A stretch of DNA of 64,000 nt. Source: Leptogorgia sarmentosa (lineage: Eukaryota). The stretch lies in NCBI GenBank assembly GCA_964658305.1, contig OZ210884.1, positions 1,178,001 through 1,242,000 on the forward strand, in the 5' to 3' direction. The notes under the pieces are model-generated. The model was not told where the DNA came from. It searched no databases and saw nothing but the letters and a program-made list of their open reading frames with translations. A program made the translations under genes and the position numbers. Shown in pieces: positions 51,901 to 61,805 of this stretch (position 1 is its first letter; every line of letters begins with the position of its first letter).

Positions 51901-54900
51901 CTGCATGTGTAAGAGGTACAGTAAGATGGTGAATAGAGGTAAATGATTGTTTAATATTATAATTTCAGTAATAAATAACACGATAATGTTTTGGTTGACG
52001 AAATGCCAGAAGAGTGCTCGATACCATATAGATAGAGCAAATAATATATATATTATTGAGCACTCTACTCAGGACAAGACTATGCTGCAAGCCATAGTGC
52101 AACGCTCACTGCGCGTGCGCAGTTTGAGCACTCTGGCATAGTTTTGGTGTCCCACAATTTTTGAGGCATCGGACACGACTCATAATGAGCCGTGTTTGTT
52201 CATGAAACTCATCTGGACAACTGATGAGTCTCAAAAGGACGAAACGGTTCCGTATTGGCCGTATTGCATGTCAAAGCATTCAATGAGGAATTTATTATAC
52301 GACACACAACTGTATTTCTGATAATTTAACATTTATTAGATTAAATAACTTATATTTCCCGTCGGCCATTTTGGCTTTTATTGCTTTGTCTTTAGATCGC
52401 AAACAAACCGGTTTCAAACCAGTATATTAGAGTGCAATACGGCTGGGTATGTGCACTCTGTTTTGCCCTTATATGGTTTACCAACACTGCAAAAAATCAA
52501 AGCCGCGTGCTCAATTACACACTTAAACTGGGAAAATTGTAATGCAGGCTCATGCAGTAATCGCTTTTTCTCGGCAAGGAATCTGTAACATTTTGTTAAC
52601 GCAAAAAATTTCATTATGTTTAGATAACGACTTACGGCGGCAAGCGGTTGACACTGGAGTTTTCCTATAGTCTCCAGTCAATTCAGGAACAAAATCTGCC
52701 CACGATACAACTATTGCGTCATCTCTGGAATTAAGACAGCTGCCAGCAAGGTTGTAAATATCCTGTGAAGACAAGGCCACGTTCCACACTGTCATTTGGC
52801 TCATATCACCAATGAATGCTTCATAAGGATTATAAGTAAACTGTTCTTTTTCTTTGTCCCAATCCTGTTCTTGAGCAAGTACAAAATGACCTCCACCTCG
52901 GATGAAGTCACCTTTAAGTAAAATTTTAACGGTTTGTCAAATCAATACGACGTGAGGTATTGTTTCATTTTAAGAATATCATTAATTTGCAGATTCCGTG
53001 ATTCATATTCTTTGTTTTTTTCTCAGAGATTATAGGAACAAGATTGATTAAATTTACGGCAACATTAGAGACTTAATTCTTGTTCACACTGTAAAAAAAC
53101 TTTAATTTTGGACCCTTAAATCTTGATTTTAGTAGGAGCTATTATAATACATTGAAAGCACTACTCGTTAATTCAAATTTAAGGAAAAAGAGTTGAGCTT
53201 GGTGTTCGATAGACAGTAAAAACTACTGGTTAAACGGTCACACGAGAATTTTTTGCGTAATTTCCTGAGGGACGAGAATTGATGGTTTAATGACTGCTCC
53301 AAACTAATCTCCTGAATATCAATATTAATTTTTGGTTTCTGTCGTAATGGCTGTGGCGTTATCTTACCTTTAGCAATGGGATCCACGGCACGCTTTACCT
53401 CCTTGCCATCCCGATAGTACGCCCATATACCATGACTGCTCCGCCACGTAATTGCCACATGATGCCAATGCCCGTCGTTCAAGCGGTCTACGATGTAACC
53501 AGTTTGATTATTGATTTGGATGGCCAAATTTCCATAATCCTTCAGTACTAAACCGTTCTCCTGAACATATTGATTTTGTTCGACTGCGTACGAAATCGGA
53601 GTGCCTGCGTTTTCGTCATCGCCAGTTCTCATCCAGAAGGCAACCGTGAAAGCGTGAAGATCTGCATGGAGTGCGCGCTTAGAAAATGTTCTAATTTGTG
53701 ATGTAGTAAATGCCAAGTCGAAATCGGAAGAGTATTCTAGAATAAGAAAGAAGAAACTTGTGCTTTACAATTACACTTTGCCAATCCTTGTACTTGTTGA
53801 TCACACTGGTTGAAAGATTCTCAAAGCATGTTTGGTGCGTTCATGACCCTATAATACATTTACACGAAAGAAATGCATGTTGTTTGAACGAAAAAAAGTC
53901 CACGCTTCGACTTCAAGCATAAAAACAGCTCCCAAGTTATATTTTGAAATTTATGCAAAGGCCAACAATATGATGCCAATTTATGCCAACAATAATGATG
54001 CACGATGGTGGCTGTCGTTGCTTATCTGCTGCAATGACAACAACAAACGTGCTAAAACCCGAATAATTACCACGCACTCGAACGAAGAGGTGAACCGTCA
54101 TCGGGAAACAGTGGCAATCGTTAAGCGTACGCGCAAACGTTCCATAATAATTATTAAATTACCCAATTACACTTCTGGCACAAATCTTACCTCATGCATC
54201 TAAATAATCCCCGGCCTAAAAACTGCAATTAATGTGTACCTCTATGACAAGATCTGCCACCATAGTTTGGAGGGCATTGGCACTCGAAGTCTCCATCTCT
54301 TTCCACACACTTTCCTCGTTGGCATGGACTACTGGCGCAAAACGTTGCTCTTGTCTTGCATACATTGCCCGTCCAGCCGGGCAAGCAGAGACAAATGTAG
54401 CCGTTCACTTTATCATCGCAGCTAAAAAATCAGATAATGCGGAAAGTTAGACTATCAGATTCTCTGGTGTTATACAGGGTGTCTCAAAAAAAAGGTAATC
54501 CAACTTTGGCATGCCATTGTGCGTTAATTACTGGGTGTACGAACGTGATTTTTCCATGGTCATAAAGATCAAGGTCTTAGCAGTTGAATGACATATTTGT
54601 TGTACGATATGGAAGAAAATCAGGCAAATGCGAGCGTGTTGAAAAATCTCGGTGAAAAACGCATTCTTTCACCTCTGAGAATTGCAGCTAAACTTATTCA
54701 AAATTAACTCCCTCTGGGACTCGAAGATGACGACCTTCCCTTCAACAATCGACCTGATTATGCATAATTATTAATAATCTGATAAAATCTTTGTTACCAT
54801 GACACATTCGTGATGAATTGCATTTTTCTTTTGTTATGCACTGCTTTAATTAGGCACAGAGGTGAAAGAATGCGTTTTTCACCGAGATTTTTCAACACGC

Positions 54901-57900
54901 TCGCATTTGCCTGATTTTCTTCCATATCGTACAAGAAATATGTCATTCAACTGCTAAGACCTTGATCTTTATGACCATGCAAAAATCACGTTCGTACACC
55001 CAGTAATTAACGCACAATGGCATGCCAAAGTTCGATTACCTTTTTTTTGAGACACCCTGTATATATCAAACTCTGGTGTTATATATAGCAATGTTGCCTT
55101 CTCGATAAAGTCGTATTAATTTGTAAAGGTTAAAAATATATCAACACTCATAAACATACAATATTTCTACGTGTGCAAATTTAAAATAATATCAGTCACT
55201 ATTTTCTTCTATGAAAATATCGATGCAACTTAAGTTGGCTCCCAATAGTTACAAGTACATTTTACAATGATTTATATAGTGGTCATACCAGTAACCAGTT
55301 CTTCGTCATAGTACAAGTTGTTTCAAAATTCCAACGGTATGTATCTTGTTAGGCATTTATAGAACTGTTTTGGTCTTAATTTTTCAAAAATTGTCAAAGT
55401 TGGGTCAAAGTTGGGTTGGAATCAGGCACATTTTGTCGAGTTTACTGGAAAATGTAAAGGGCAGCACATTGAAAGTTTTCATGTTCAATTAAAACAACAA
55501 GAGATTTACGTTGCTGGATCGTGTTACTATCTTAATAATATTTGTGTTTATATGCATTACAAGAAAAAGGGATAGAAAATTCCAATAAACCGAAATGGAA
55601 CGTGGTAAAACATCCTCATCAATTGCAGGGACGCCGGAGAGAGGGGGTATTCACCCCTCTTGCCTTTTTCTAAGGGCGACAGAGGTGCCCTTTGGTGTAA
55701 AGGTTGCAGCAAGTCTGGGTCAACCAGTGTTGGCTGGTTGGGTGACCATGGTGTCTCTCACTCTCTTGTGGTCATATGATCAATCTTTAATACGAACGAT
55801 TGTAAAGTTGCGCATTTAACTTTCCTTACAAAGATTACAAGAATAAGCTGAACTGCAGACAATTCGTCGTATCAAGAAAGCTAATTTCCAGTATCTTTCA
55901 TTCTGTCGTACTTATTATTTCTATATAGAAATAATCAATAAGTCATATTTGGAAATCATCGAAATCCATAGCGTGGCTACGAATTTTCTATCGATCGATT
56001 TCCCTCGATGCTCAGATTGACCCTTCTGCACTTGTATCCCTCCGGCATTCCTGCTCAAACGCGATGAACCTACTCAATGAATTGCCGTTTTTGTAGTTAT
56101 AGTTTTATAAGCTTGTTGGTTTATAAAGTTTCCGGTTATCACAATTGTCTTTTTCACACTTTTCCTGCTGTAGCTATGTTGTGGAAAATATCTAAATAGC
56201 TTTGCACTCTATTGCTTTATCAAGGCCAAATTTTAGGACAGAATCCGATGGTAGAAACAAAAAAGAATTTCCGATTTTAAACTTCTAAACTAATATAATA
56301 GAACATTTTATCATTGATGAAAAACATGCATCATTTTGCATCATTTACCTGCCATGCTGTCCACATGGATCGCTTGCGCATTCATCAATATCAACTTCAC
56401 AGTTTTCTCCCATAAAGCCCGCGACACACTCACACCTGAAACCATCCAGTTGGTCACGACATATCCCATTATTTTTACAGGGCTTTTTGTAGCAGTCATC
56501 TCGGTTCACCTCGCAGAATTTCCCTGTCCAACCATCCTGACATTTGCATTCAAATGATCCAGGAACTTCGATACACTGGGCGTTGTTACGGCATGGATTG
56601 CTTCCACATTGCGGAAGCGGCTCATTACAGTTAACACCTCCAAATCCGCGGGCGCATAGGCATTCATACCCATTGATCTAATTGAGTGAAAAAAACAACA
56701 AAAAAACCCAATAAAAAACTGTTACCCACTTAACCAATTGAATTGAGCCATTGAGATGTTAGAATTTTACTGAAAATTTAGATTTTGTTCATTCCAACTA
56801 TTCCAGACTATTAATTTGCTTTAAAACGCAACGTTTGATCAAATCTCATCCAAGAGCAAATTTTACGACCCTTCAAGCTATACTGTAGTACCGCCTTAAT
56901 CAGGGAGTAGGCGACCTTTTAAGGAAGTGGGTTTATTAGAAACATATTACATGTTAGCATCTACATGTCTACATCTACATCATATGAGCATATGATAATA
57001 AAGATCCATAGCAAAGATCTGTCAGACAGTGACTCTAGATTGGTAGTATAATTAATTATCTATACCTTATCAACACAGTGAGCGTTGCTATAACAAGGAT
57101 TTGAAAGACATTGACGGACTTCATCGTCACAATTTATTCCACTAAATCCATCCGGACATTCGCATTCATAATCATCTTTTCCGCTGAAACATTGTCCACC
57201 ATTATTGCACGGGTTGCTGTCACAGTTGTCAATTTCTAAAGAAAGAAAAGAAAGCCCAAAAATTGCCTAGCTTGTGAATTCAAACTTCGTAATTGATCAT
57301 AGATTTTTTTTTAGGAAGCTGATCATTGTTACCCACTTACCCAGACAGTATGATTCATTCTTAGCCCCAGGACCATGGGTTGATTTTTTCCCACTGCAGG
57401 GGAGGCAATTAAGTTTTCCTTCTTCCGGCTGATAAGATCCTTTTTCACAAGGTTCGCAGGGTTCCACGCCACTGGATGAGTACGTACCTGGGGCACATTT
57501 CACTAAAAATTTTTGCATATAAAGAAAGATTCAAAATATTATGCATGGAATATTGTCTATATACTTTTATGTCAAATACGTATATGTTTGTCAATTATGG
57601 TTTTCTTGTTGCATGTGACCAGTTTACTGTGTTACAGTTACTGCATCAAGTGTACCCTCATGGTAAAGACGGCAAACTGAAAAATGTTTGCCCAATTTTA
57701 TAATATCAAAGCAGTGATTGATAGTACGGCTATTTTTGTTCATGACAAACCTACACAAGTTTTCTAGATTCATCGCAGATATTCAAATAACATTTTAACA
57801 TTATGAATCGATGATTGATGTGAATTTTCGCCCCTCATCACAATACTGCCCATTTTCAAAGAAACTTTGCACTAAAAATGGGCAGACAAAACTGTTGGTT

Positions 57901-60900
57901 TCGATCTACATTAAATGCTCGAATTCTCATTTTTCTTTCGAGTAGATGAGCTCATCATTATTTTAGTGTGTTCTGACATCACAATATCTAATATGAACTT
58001 GCTATATTATTAAAGTTTGAAAGTTTCTATTAAAATAATACCTCATCTGAGTGATAGGGAAAATAATTTGGCTCCTAATTTATTTGTGAAATACGAAGAT
58101 ATCATGTTGAAAATACAAAACATAAACTTACTTTGGAATTAAAAGTGGGCAAATTGAAAATAGTAATTTTATATAAATGGTATACCTATTCATTCACGAA
58201 ATCTACGAAGTTAAAAACAAAAATCCGGCAGGAACCGGGGAGCGAAATAAAGTTTTTGAATGAATTAGAATGAAAGAATTTTGGAGGAAGAAGGCCCCTG
58301 AAATACGAAAAACTGCACGAAGCATTCAAAAGTTTGTTTTCAGAAATGTGCGTGAAATATCATTATTTTAAATAAAGAAGGTACAAATTTTACGTGGTAG
58401 CTAATAATAATATTGAAAGCTTTATTTAAAGAAGCATGTTAAGATGAATTATTGGGAGCCTATAAAGAAGGCTATTGCAATAGTCTAATCGACATATCAC
58501 CAACGAATTAACCAATAGTTTCGCAGTTTCCTTATCCGTCTAAGGCATACAGCACTTGAACACTTGCATGCTTGCACGCTAGTAACCATTTTCATCCTTG
58601 AGTCAAACCAGAATCCCAAATTCTTTGCCTTATCAATCGAGTTTATGGAATTGTCGCCAATCCACAAAGATTTAAACTTGAGAAGATTGAGCCAATCCTG
58701 ATTCTGACAAAGTTTGCGCGTTAGCCGACCCCTATTTGTCCAACTTAAACCCCAAAAAATGATCATGAATGTCCTCTGGTGCAACATGTTCTTGATGCCT
58801 GTAGGAAGTACTTTTCAAATTTTCCTTTCGAATTTTTACATGTTTATTATTGTTCAAGCACTTAACACATTGTGGCAGATGTTTCATTCAATGAAGGGGC
58901 AACTTTCCCAGCCAGTCTACTGGAGAAGAATTCTTCTTTGTATTTTTTAGCAGAGGATATGATGAGGCAATTGGGACCTTTGGTGGTATTTCAGTAGTTG
59001 TTGTTCTCATGGTAGACAGCGGTGGGATGTTTTGCATAGTCAAGTAAGCTTCACTAGTTTCCTGGGCTTTGTTTAACCCTTTGTCTGGGTCCGTACCACT
59101 TAAAACTTCGCACGGTTGGATAAGGGCGTCAATCCTGTGGGGGGGAGGGGGGGGGGGGGGGGGGTTCGGGGGGAGGACAAGTCCCCCCCCCCCATTTTTG
59201 GGGTAGGCGGGACACATATACAATTGCCCCCCCCCCTTTTACGCCTTGCTACGCAAGTACTTTGACATTTCAGCTAACAAAGCTTCGAAACTATTAATAC
59301 CAACTGTATGGAAGATTTTGCTCACAGTCTCGTATAATCCGTTAATTTTGTTTACAGCATAAATCACTTCAGTCGATAATCGGTAGCAATTGGTGCATAT
59401 CTCTCACATTGATTAATCGTTCGGCAAAAACAATCCTTAAAGTAGCTTTCAACTGTGTCACAATTATTGATAGTCGATGCATTTAAATCTCGATCGCCAT
59501 TAAGGCTGGTTTTCATTAGTCGACGACGGTGCTCTTACCTTTACCTTTACTAATAACTATTAGTAGAATCATACTCGTATACTATTGCAAATGCTGCAAT
59601 TTGATTGGCTACTCTACTCGCTATCTATTTAGCGAGTAGCAAAACATGTGAATTTTCGTTCAAGAAAATGTCTTCTGAGACGCGGTTTTAAATTATTTTT
59701 TGCAAGATTTTCATGTTTGATCTCTGATTCTACTAAAACAATTAGACTACTCGCTCTCGATTTCTACGAGATGATAGTTGATTCGGGCTTCGCCCTCATC
59801 AACTATCACCTCATAGAAATCTCGAGCTCGTAATCTAATTGTTAATTAGATTTCGCTCATTGATTTGCCAATATAATCAATGACTTTCATACTTATATTA
59901 TTCAGGGAAGGATGGAAACTGATGTATACACAGTTCTCGTCTATTAGGGAACTTCAATGACAAATTTTCCTACTAAAATAATACGTCAACTTGATCGCCG
60001 AATAGTAATTTTATTTCCTCCCGCGCTCTATTCATATGATATTGTTATATAGTTGGTGTCAAAGTTCAATTTTCCTGTTTGCTGATTGGACAAAACCGTA
60101 TCACGTGCCGGTCTCGGCTTCGCCTCGGGCAACAACGGCGGTCTCGGGGCCACAAAACACAATGTTTCCCTCGGTCTCAGTAAATAAGTGATAAATAGTT
60201 ATTTGTATAGGTAATAGTATGGTTTCGAGTGCAATTTGGAAAAAACAATGCACGAGTGAGTTTTTCAAAGACATTCAAAGTTGCACGAGTCCAAAGGACG
60301 AGTGAATAATATATTGTTAATAATATACAAGGAAAAAATTGTCTCGCGTTGTTCGGCCGCTATCATACGAAGCGAAGCTGTTTTGCTTGTCCATCGAGCT
60401 CTTGCTTGAACGAAGAGAAATCGCTGCCTCGTATTATAAAATGGTTGCCATCATCGACTATTATAATATCACTTTTAAGCTGTCTGGTTCATATTCATCG
60501 CCGTTACTTCCGCATAAAAACAATCGAGCAAATTATATAATCTCCTGTTGCGGAATATTTTGTATCTCGCGCTGTATTTCCTTTTCAATGCACCATTTTC
60601 TCCGCACAGTCAACCACAAGACTAGATATATTTGGTGCTATTTTCATTTTTCTAACTATTTTTAAACCCCTCTATCATTTATTTGTCTGTTGCTAAAAAA
60701 TTCTACACAAAGCAGCAGCCATTTTTTCATCCTCGAATAATTTCATGTTTTGTTAATGTTCGCCAGAAATAGCTTAATCTAATTGGCTAGCGTTCTAATC
60801 TCAGCCAATCACAACACATGAACATCTGAAGAAATTTGCACTGAAGTTCTTTTTTTTGGCACTGAATTTCCTTTTTTGGCACTGTATTTCCTTAAAATTG

Positions 60901-61805
60901 CACTCCTTTCAACCAATTAGAATCGAGAATTTTTTTCATGTATATTAATTATTAAGCTACATAGTGACCCGCCAGCACGCGGTGGAATATCACAGGGAAA
61001 AGTTGTTACATTGCGGGATTTTATTTCACAAAGCAATCGCATGATAATACAGGGCACTTATATATAAGCCCAAGTTGTTCGTGCGTGATTCATCCTTCTG
61101 AAGCTGTCATTTGAGCAGGATTGCAAGTTTCGCCTTCGATTCCACCCTTCCCTCTCTTCCCATTTCTTTTTTGGTCGCCTGCTGCTTCTATCACTGGTAG
61201 CTAACTTATCATATGTACTGTGTGTTTAGGGTGGCGGGAAATTCCCTCACACTTTCTGTGATATCGGTTATAATATGTTATTTATTGAACATCGTTTATA
61301 AAAAAAAGGCGTGTGCCGAAGCCCACGCGGCTAGCCAAATGGGTGTCTAAGTGATTATTTTTTGCAATCACAGAAAAACGGAGCTCATCATGGTCAGCAC
61401 TGCAAATTCCCGTGGGGGTAGTTGGATATGAGTGAATAAAAACCTCTCCCTTGGCTTTTAACCTATATCTAAGCATGTATCAGGTCGTAATTTTCTTCCC
61501 GTTCGCACGATATATGAAGGCATTTTGTGGAAACTGTAAAATCGTGCTTCATTTTGTACCGGAGAGACACCTGAGATGCATCGTATTTTACTAAGGTATA
61601 TCACTATACCAATATAACATACTTCTTACAATAGTATACTTACTTCCGCACTCTTCAATCCTAAAGGCTGCGGGTAATACGGTGGTAGTCCCAGCTGGAC
61701 ACTTCTTGCATGAAGTACTCCACGTATGAATGCTGTAATAACCAAGGGAACACGGCCGGCATGGAGCTAATCCGGTGTAGGAAAAGTAGCCCGGCTTGCA
61801 AATTT
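26622..61805 (-). CDS. SVEP1: SVEP1/polydom-like sushi, EGF, pentraxin, PAN, F5/8-C and CUB domain extracellular protein, 3' part (~24 coding exons, ~1590 aa; 5' end outside window)
   Basis: Hand-spliced exons in transcript order: 61805-61644 and 57502-57341 (ephrin-receptor-like Cys repeats); 57235-57066, 56677-56349, 54421-54240 (6 EGF); 53736-53368, 52911-52636 (pentraxin); 51648-51403 (PAN); 50033-49711, 48222-48087 (F5/8-C); 47554-47504 (linker, less certain); 46729-46622 (EGF); 43991-43821 (sushi); 42639-42517, 41151-41035, 37635-37513 (Ca-EGF); 36999-36823, 35760-35581, 33014-32841, 32183-32010, 31657-31481, 29096-28923 (sushi); 27929-27597, 26962-26622 (CUB x2, TGA at 26624-26622). 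All GT-AG with consistent phases. The symbol is -like only, based on the ephrin-like/6xEGF/pentraxin core. Confidence 0.85.
28004..28329. mobile_element. hAT-type MITE with 8-bp TSD CACCGGAG
   Basis: TIRs CAAGGGCCGCGGAA / TTCCGCGGCCCCTG; CACCGGAG at 27996-28003 and 28330-37; internal GTGCCCTTTTT / GGGCCTTTTTGTGTTATATA repeats. Confidence 0.88.
29336..29768. mobile_element. Degenerate hAT-type MITE
   Basis: Termini TAGGGGCGGCGGAA / TTCCGCTCCCCCTG resemble 28004-28329; no clear TSD. Confidence 0.55.
33757..34228. repeat. Interspersed repeat family D (inverted relative copy at ~13540-13915)
   Basis: Shares ACATCCGGGACA...CCAGATACGGAAAATA...CGGTCCGGATATGG and TATTGACCGAGCG / GAACAAGCGAGGTCAATA; internal hairpin GGTCTGTACTGTGAAATATCAGAC / GTCTGATATTTCACAGTACAGACC. 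Confidence 0.7.
35816..36068. mobile_element. PIF/Harbinger-type MITE, TTA TSD
   Basis: TIRs AGGCCTGATTCCACG / CGTGGAATCAGGCCT; TTA at 35813-15 and 36069-71; internal GCGAAA/TTTCGC repeats. Confidence 0.85.
37795..37840 (+). repeat. (GGAG)n microsatellite
   Basis: ggagggagggagggagggaggaagggagggagggaaggagggggag. Confidence 0.8.
38750..39575. mobile_element. hAT-type MITE with 8-bp TSD GTTCCACT
   Basis: TIRs CAGCGCCGGATT / AATCCGGCACTG; GTTCCACT at 38742-49 and 39576-83. Confidence 0.85.
38986..39326. mobile_element. hAT-type MITE nested inside 38750-39575
   Basis: TIRs CATAAGCGTACG / CGTACGCCCATG; TSD ATGTTAAG / ATGCTAAG (1 mismatch); shares termini and an internal GGCGCCAACCATGGTGGCGCC motif with 48288-48768. 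Confidence 0.8.
39754..40578. mobile_element. Foldback non-autonomous PIF/Harbinger element (two 391-bp inverted arms, 43-bp spacer, TTA TSD)
   Basis: Arms 39754-40144 and 40188-40578 are reverse complements. TTA at 39751-53 and 40579-81. Termini AGCCCGGCGCACACTAG. Each arm encodes the start of a MADF/Myb-SANT-like protein (MAASS...[27 protein letters not shown]). Confidence 0.9.
40004..40172 (+). pseudogene. First-exon fragment of a Harbinger MADF-domain DNA-binding protein gene (truncated; mirrored copy on - strand)
   Basis: AAGATGGCGG start at 40004; [42 protein letters not shown] followed by GTAAGA donor. MADF-like LxxxxxxxPCLYDxxxxxYKNR pattern. Confidence 0.7.
42021..42463. repeat. Interspersed repeat family B, copy 1 (possible Kolobok-type end, ...ATTATCCTC|TTAA)
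   Basis: Direct, colinear copy at 47001-47447; both end at the same TTAA. Confidence 0.7.
44228..44808 (+). repeat. Interspersed repeat family A, copy 2 (six 21-bp units)
   Basis: High similarity to 5135-5753; tandem units at ~44634-44760. Confidence 0.85.
45363..45930 (-). repeat. Interspersed repeat family A, copy 3 (inverted; single 21-bp unit)
   Basis: Reverse complement of copy 2; retains an internal hairpin TTTCCAAAGACCTCAAATAGCAC...GTGCTATTTTGATGTCTTTGGAAA at ~45812-45874. Confidence 0.85.
47001..47447. repeat. Interspersed repeat family B, copy 2
   Basis: Colinear with 42021-42463 (ATGTCACGT.TCTCGCGCTCAAAACTC...GAAAATACGCGACAT...ATTATCCTCTTAA). Confidence 0.7.
48087..50033 (-). CDS. 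F5/8 type C (discoidin) domain, two exons
   Basis: [21 protein letters not shown]...GGWIPR...QYLQIDLG...VTAVETQG...WVQSYKI | TFTGNTN...[23 protein letters not shown]. Confidence 0.92.
48288..48768. mobile_element. hAT-type MITE with 8-bp TSD CCAATTAC
   Basis: TIRs CATGGGCGTACGGGCC / GGCCCGTACGCCCATG; CCAATTAC at 48280-87 and 48769-76; G/C-rich subterminal tracts. Confidence 0.88.
51403..51648 (-). CDS. PAN/apple domain exon of the SVEP1-like gene
   Basis: Phase 1-1 exon: CAARC...[23 protein letters not shown]...LDYYE. Confidence 0.85.
52215..52260 (+). ncRNA. Minimal type-I hammerhead ribozyme motif (Penelope/retrozyme-type)
   Basis: GGACAA-CTGATGA-GTCT caaaa GGAC-GAAA-CGG tt CCG-TA-TTGGCC. 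Complete core (CUGAUGA, GAAA, GUA triplet at 52252-54), stem II, short stem III, and stem I with 5/6 pairs. Confidence 0.75.
52636..53736 (-). CDS. Pentraxin/LamG-like domain exons of the SVEP1-like gene
   Basis: [12 protein letters not shown]...GTPISYA...LKDYGNL...[26 protein letters not shown] | [12 protein letters not shown]...[18 protein letters not shown]...VVSWADF are typical pentraxin motifs. Confidence 0.9.
54475..55059. mobile_element. Tc1/mariner-type MITE with 203-bp TIRs and TA TSD
   Basis: TA|CAGGGTGTCTCAAAAAAAAGG...CCTTTTTTTTGAGACACCCTG|TA. Arms 54475-54677 and 54857-55059 differ at about 3 positions by eye. Confidence 0.9.
58450..58720 (-). mobile_element. Decayed L2/CR1-group LINE ORF2 fragment (C-terminal to RT core)
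   Basis: [25 protein letters not shown]...[10 protein letters not shown] followed, after disruption, by [13 protein letters not shown], a characteristic L2-type motif. Confidence 0.8.
60207..60946 (+). repeat. Relative of repeat family A
   Basis: Same 5' end ATAGGTAATAGTATGGTTTCGAGTGCAATTTGG; 3' TTGCACTG repeats, CCAATCA/CCAATTAG and ATGTATATT end; divergent interior. Confidence 0.6.

Noticed and set aside
55700..55860. 5S rRNA-derived SINE head (TTGGGTGACC resembles the 5S C box)
   Set aside because: Similarity is limited to ~10 nt; no recognisable A box or other 5S sequence.
59120..59245. Long G and C runs as a functional G-quadruplex or proline-rich ORF (58888-59223)
   Set aside because: They match the G/C-rich subterminal tracts seen in the hAT-type MITEs elsewhere in the window; most likely a decayed MITE end.
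61380..61400. C/D-box snoRNA (ATGATGA on - strand)
   Set aside because: No suitably placed CTGA D box or terminal stem found.
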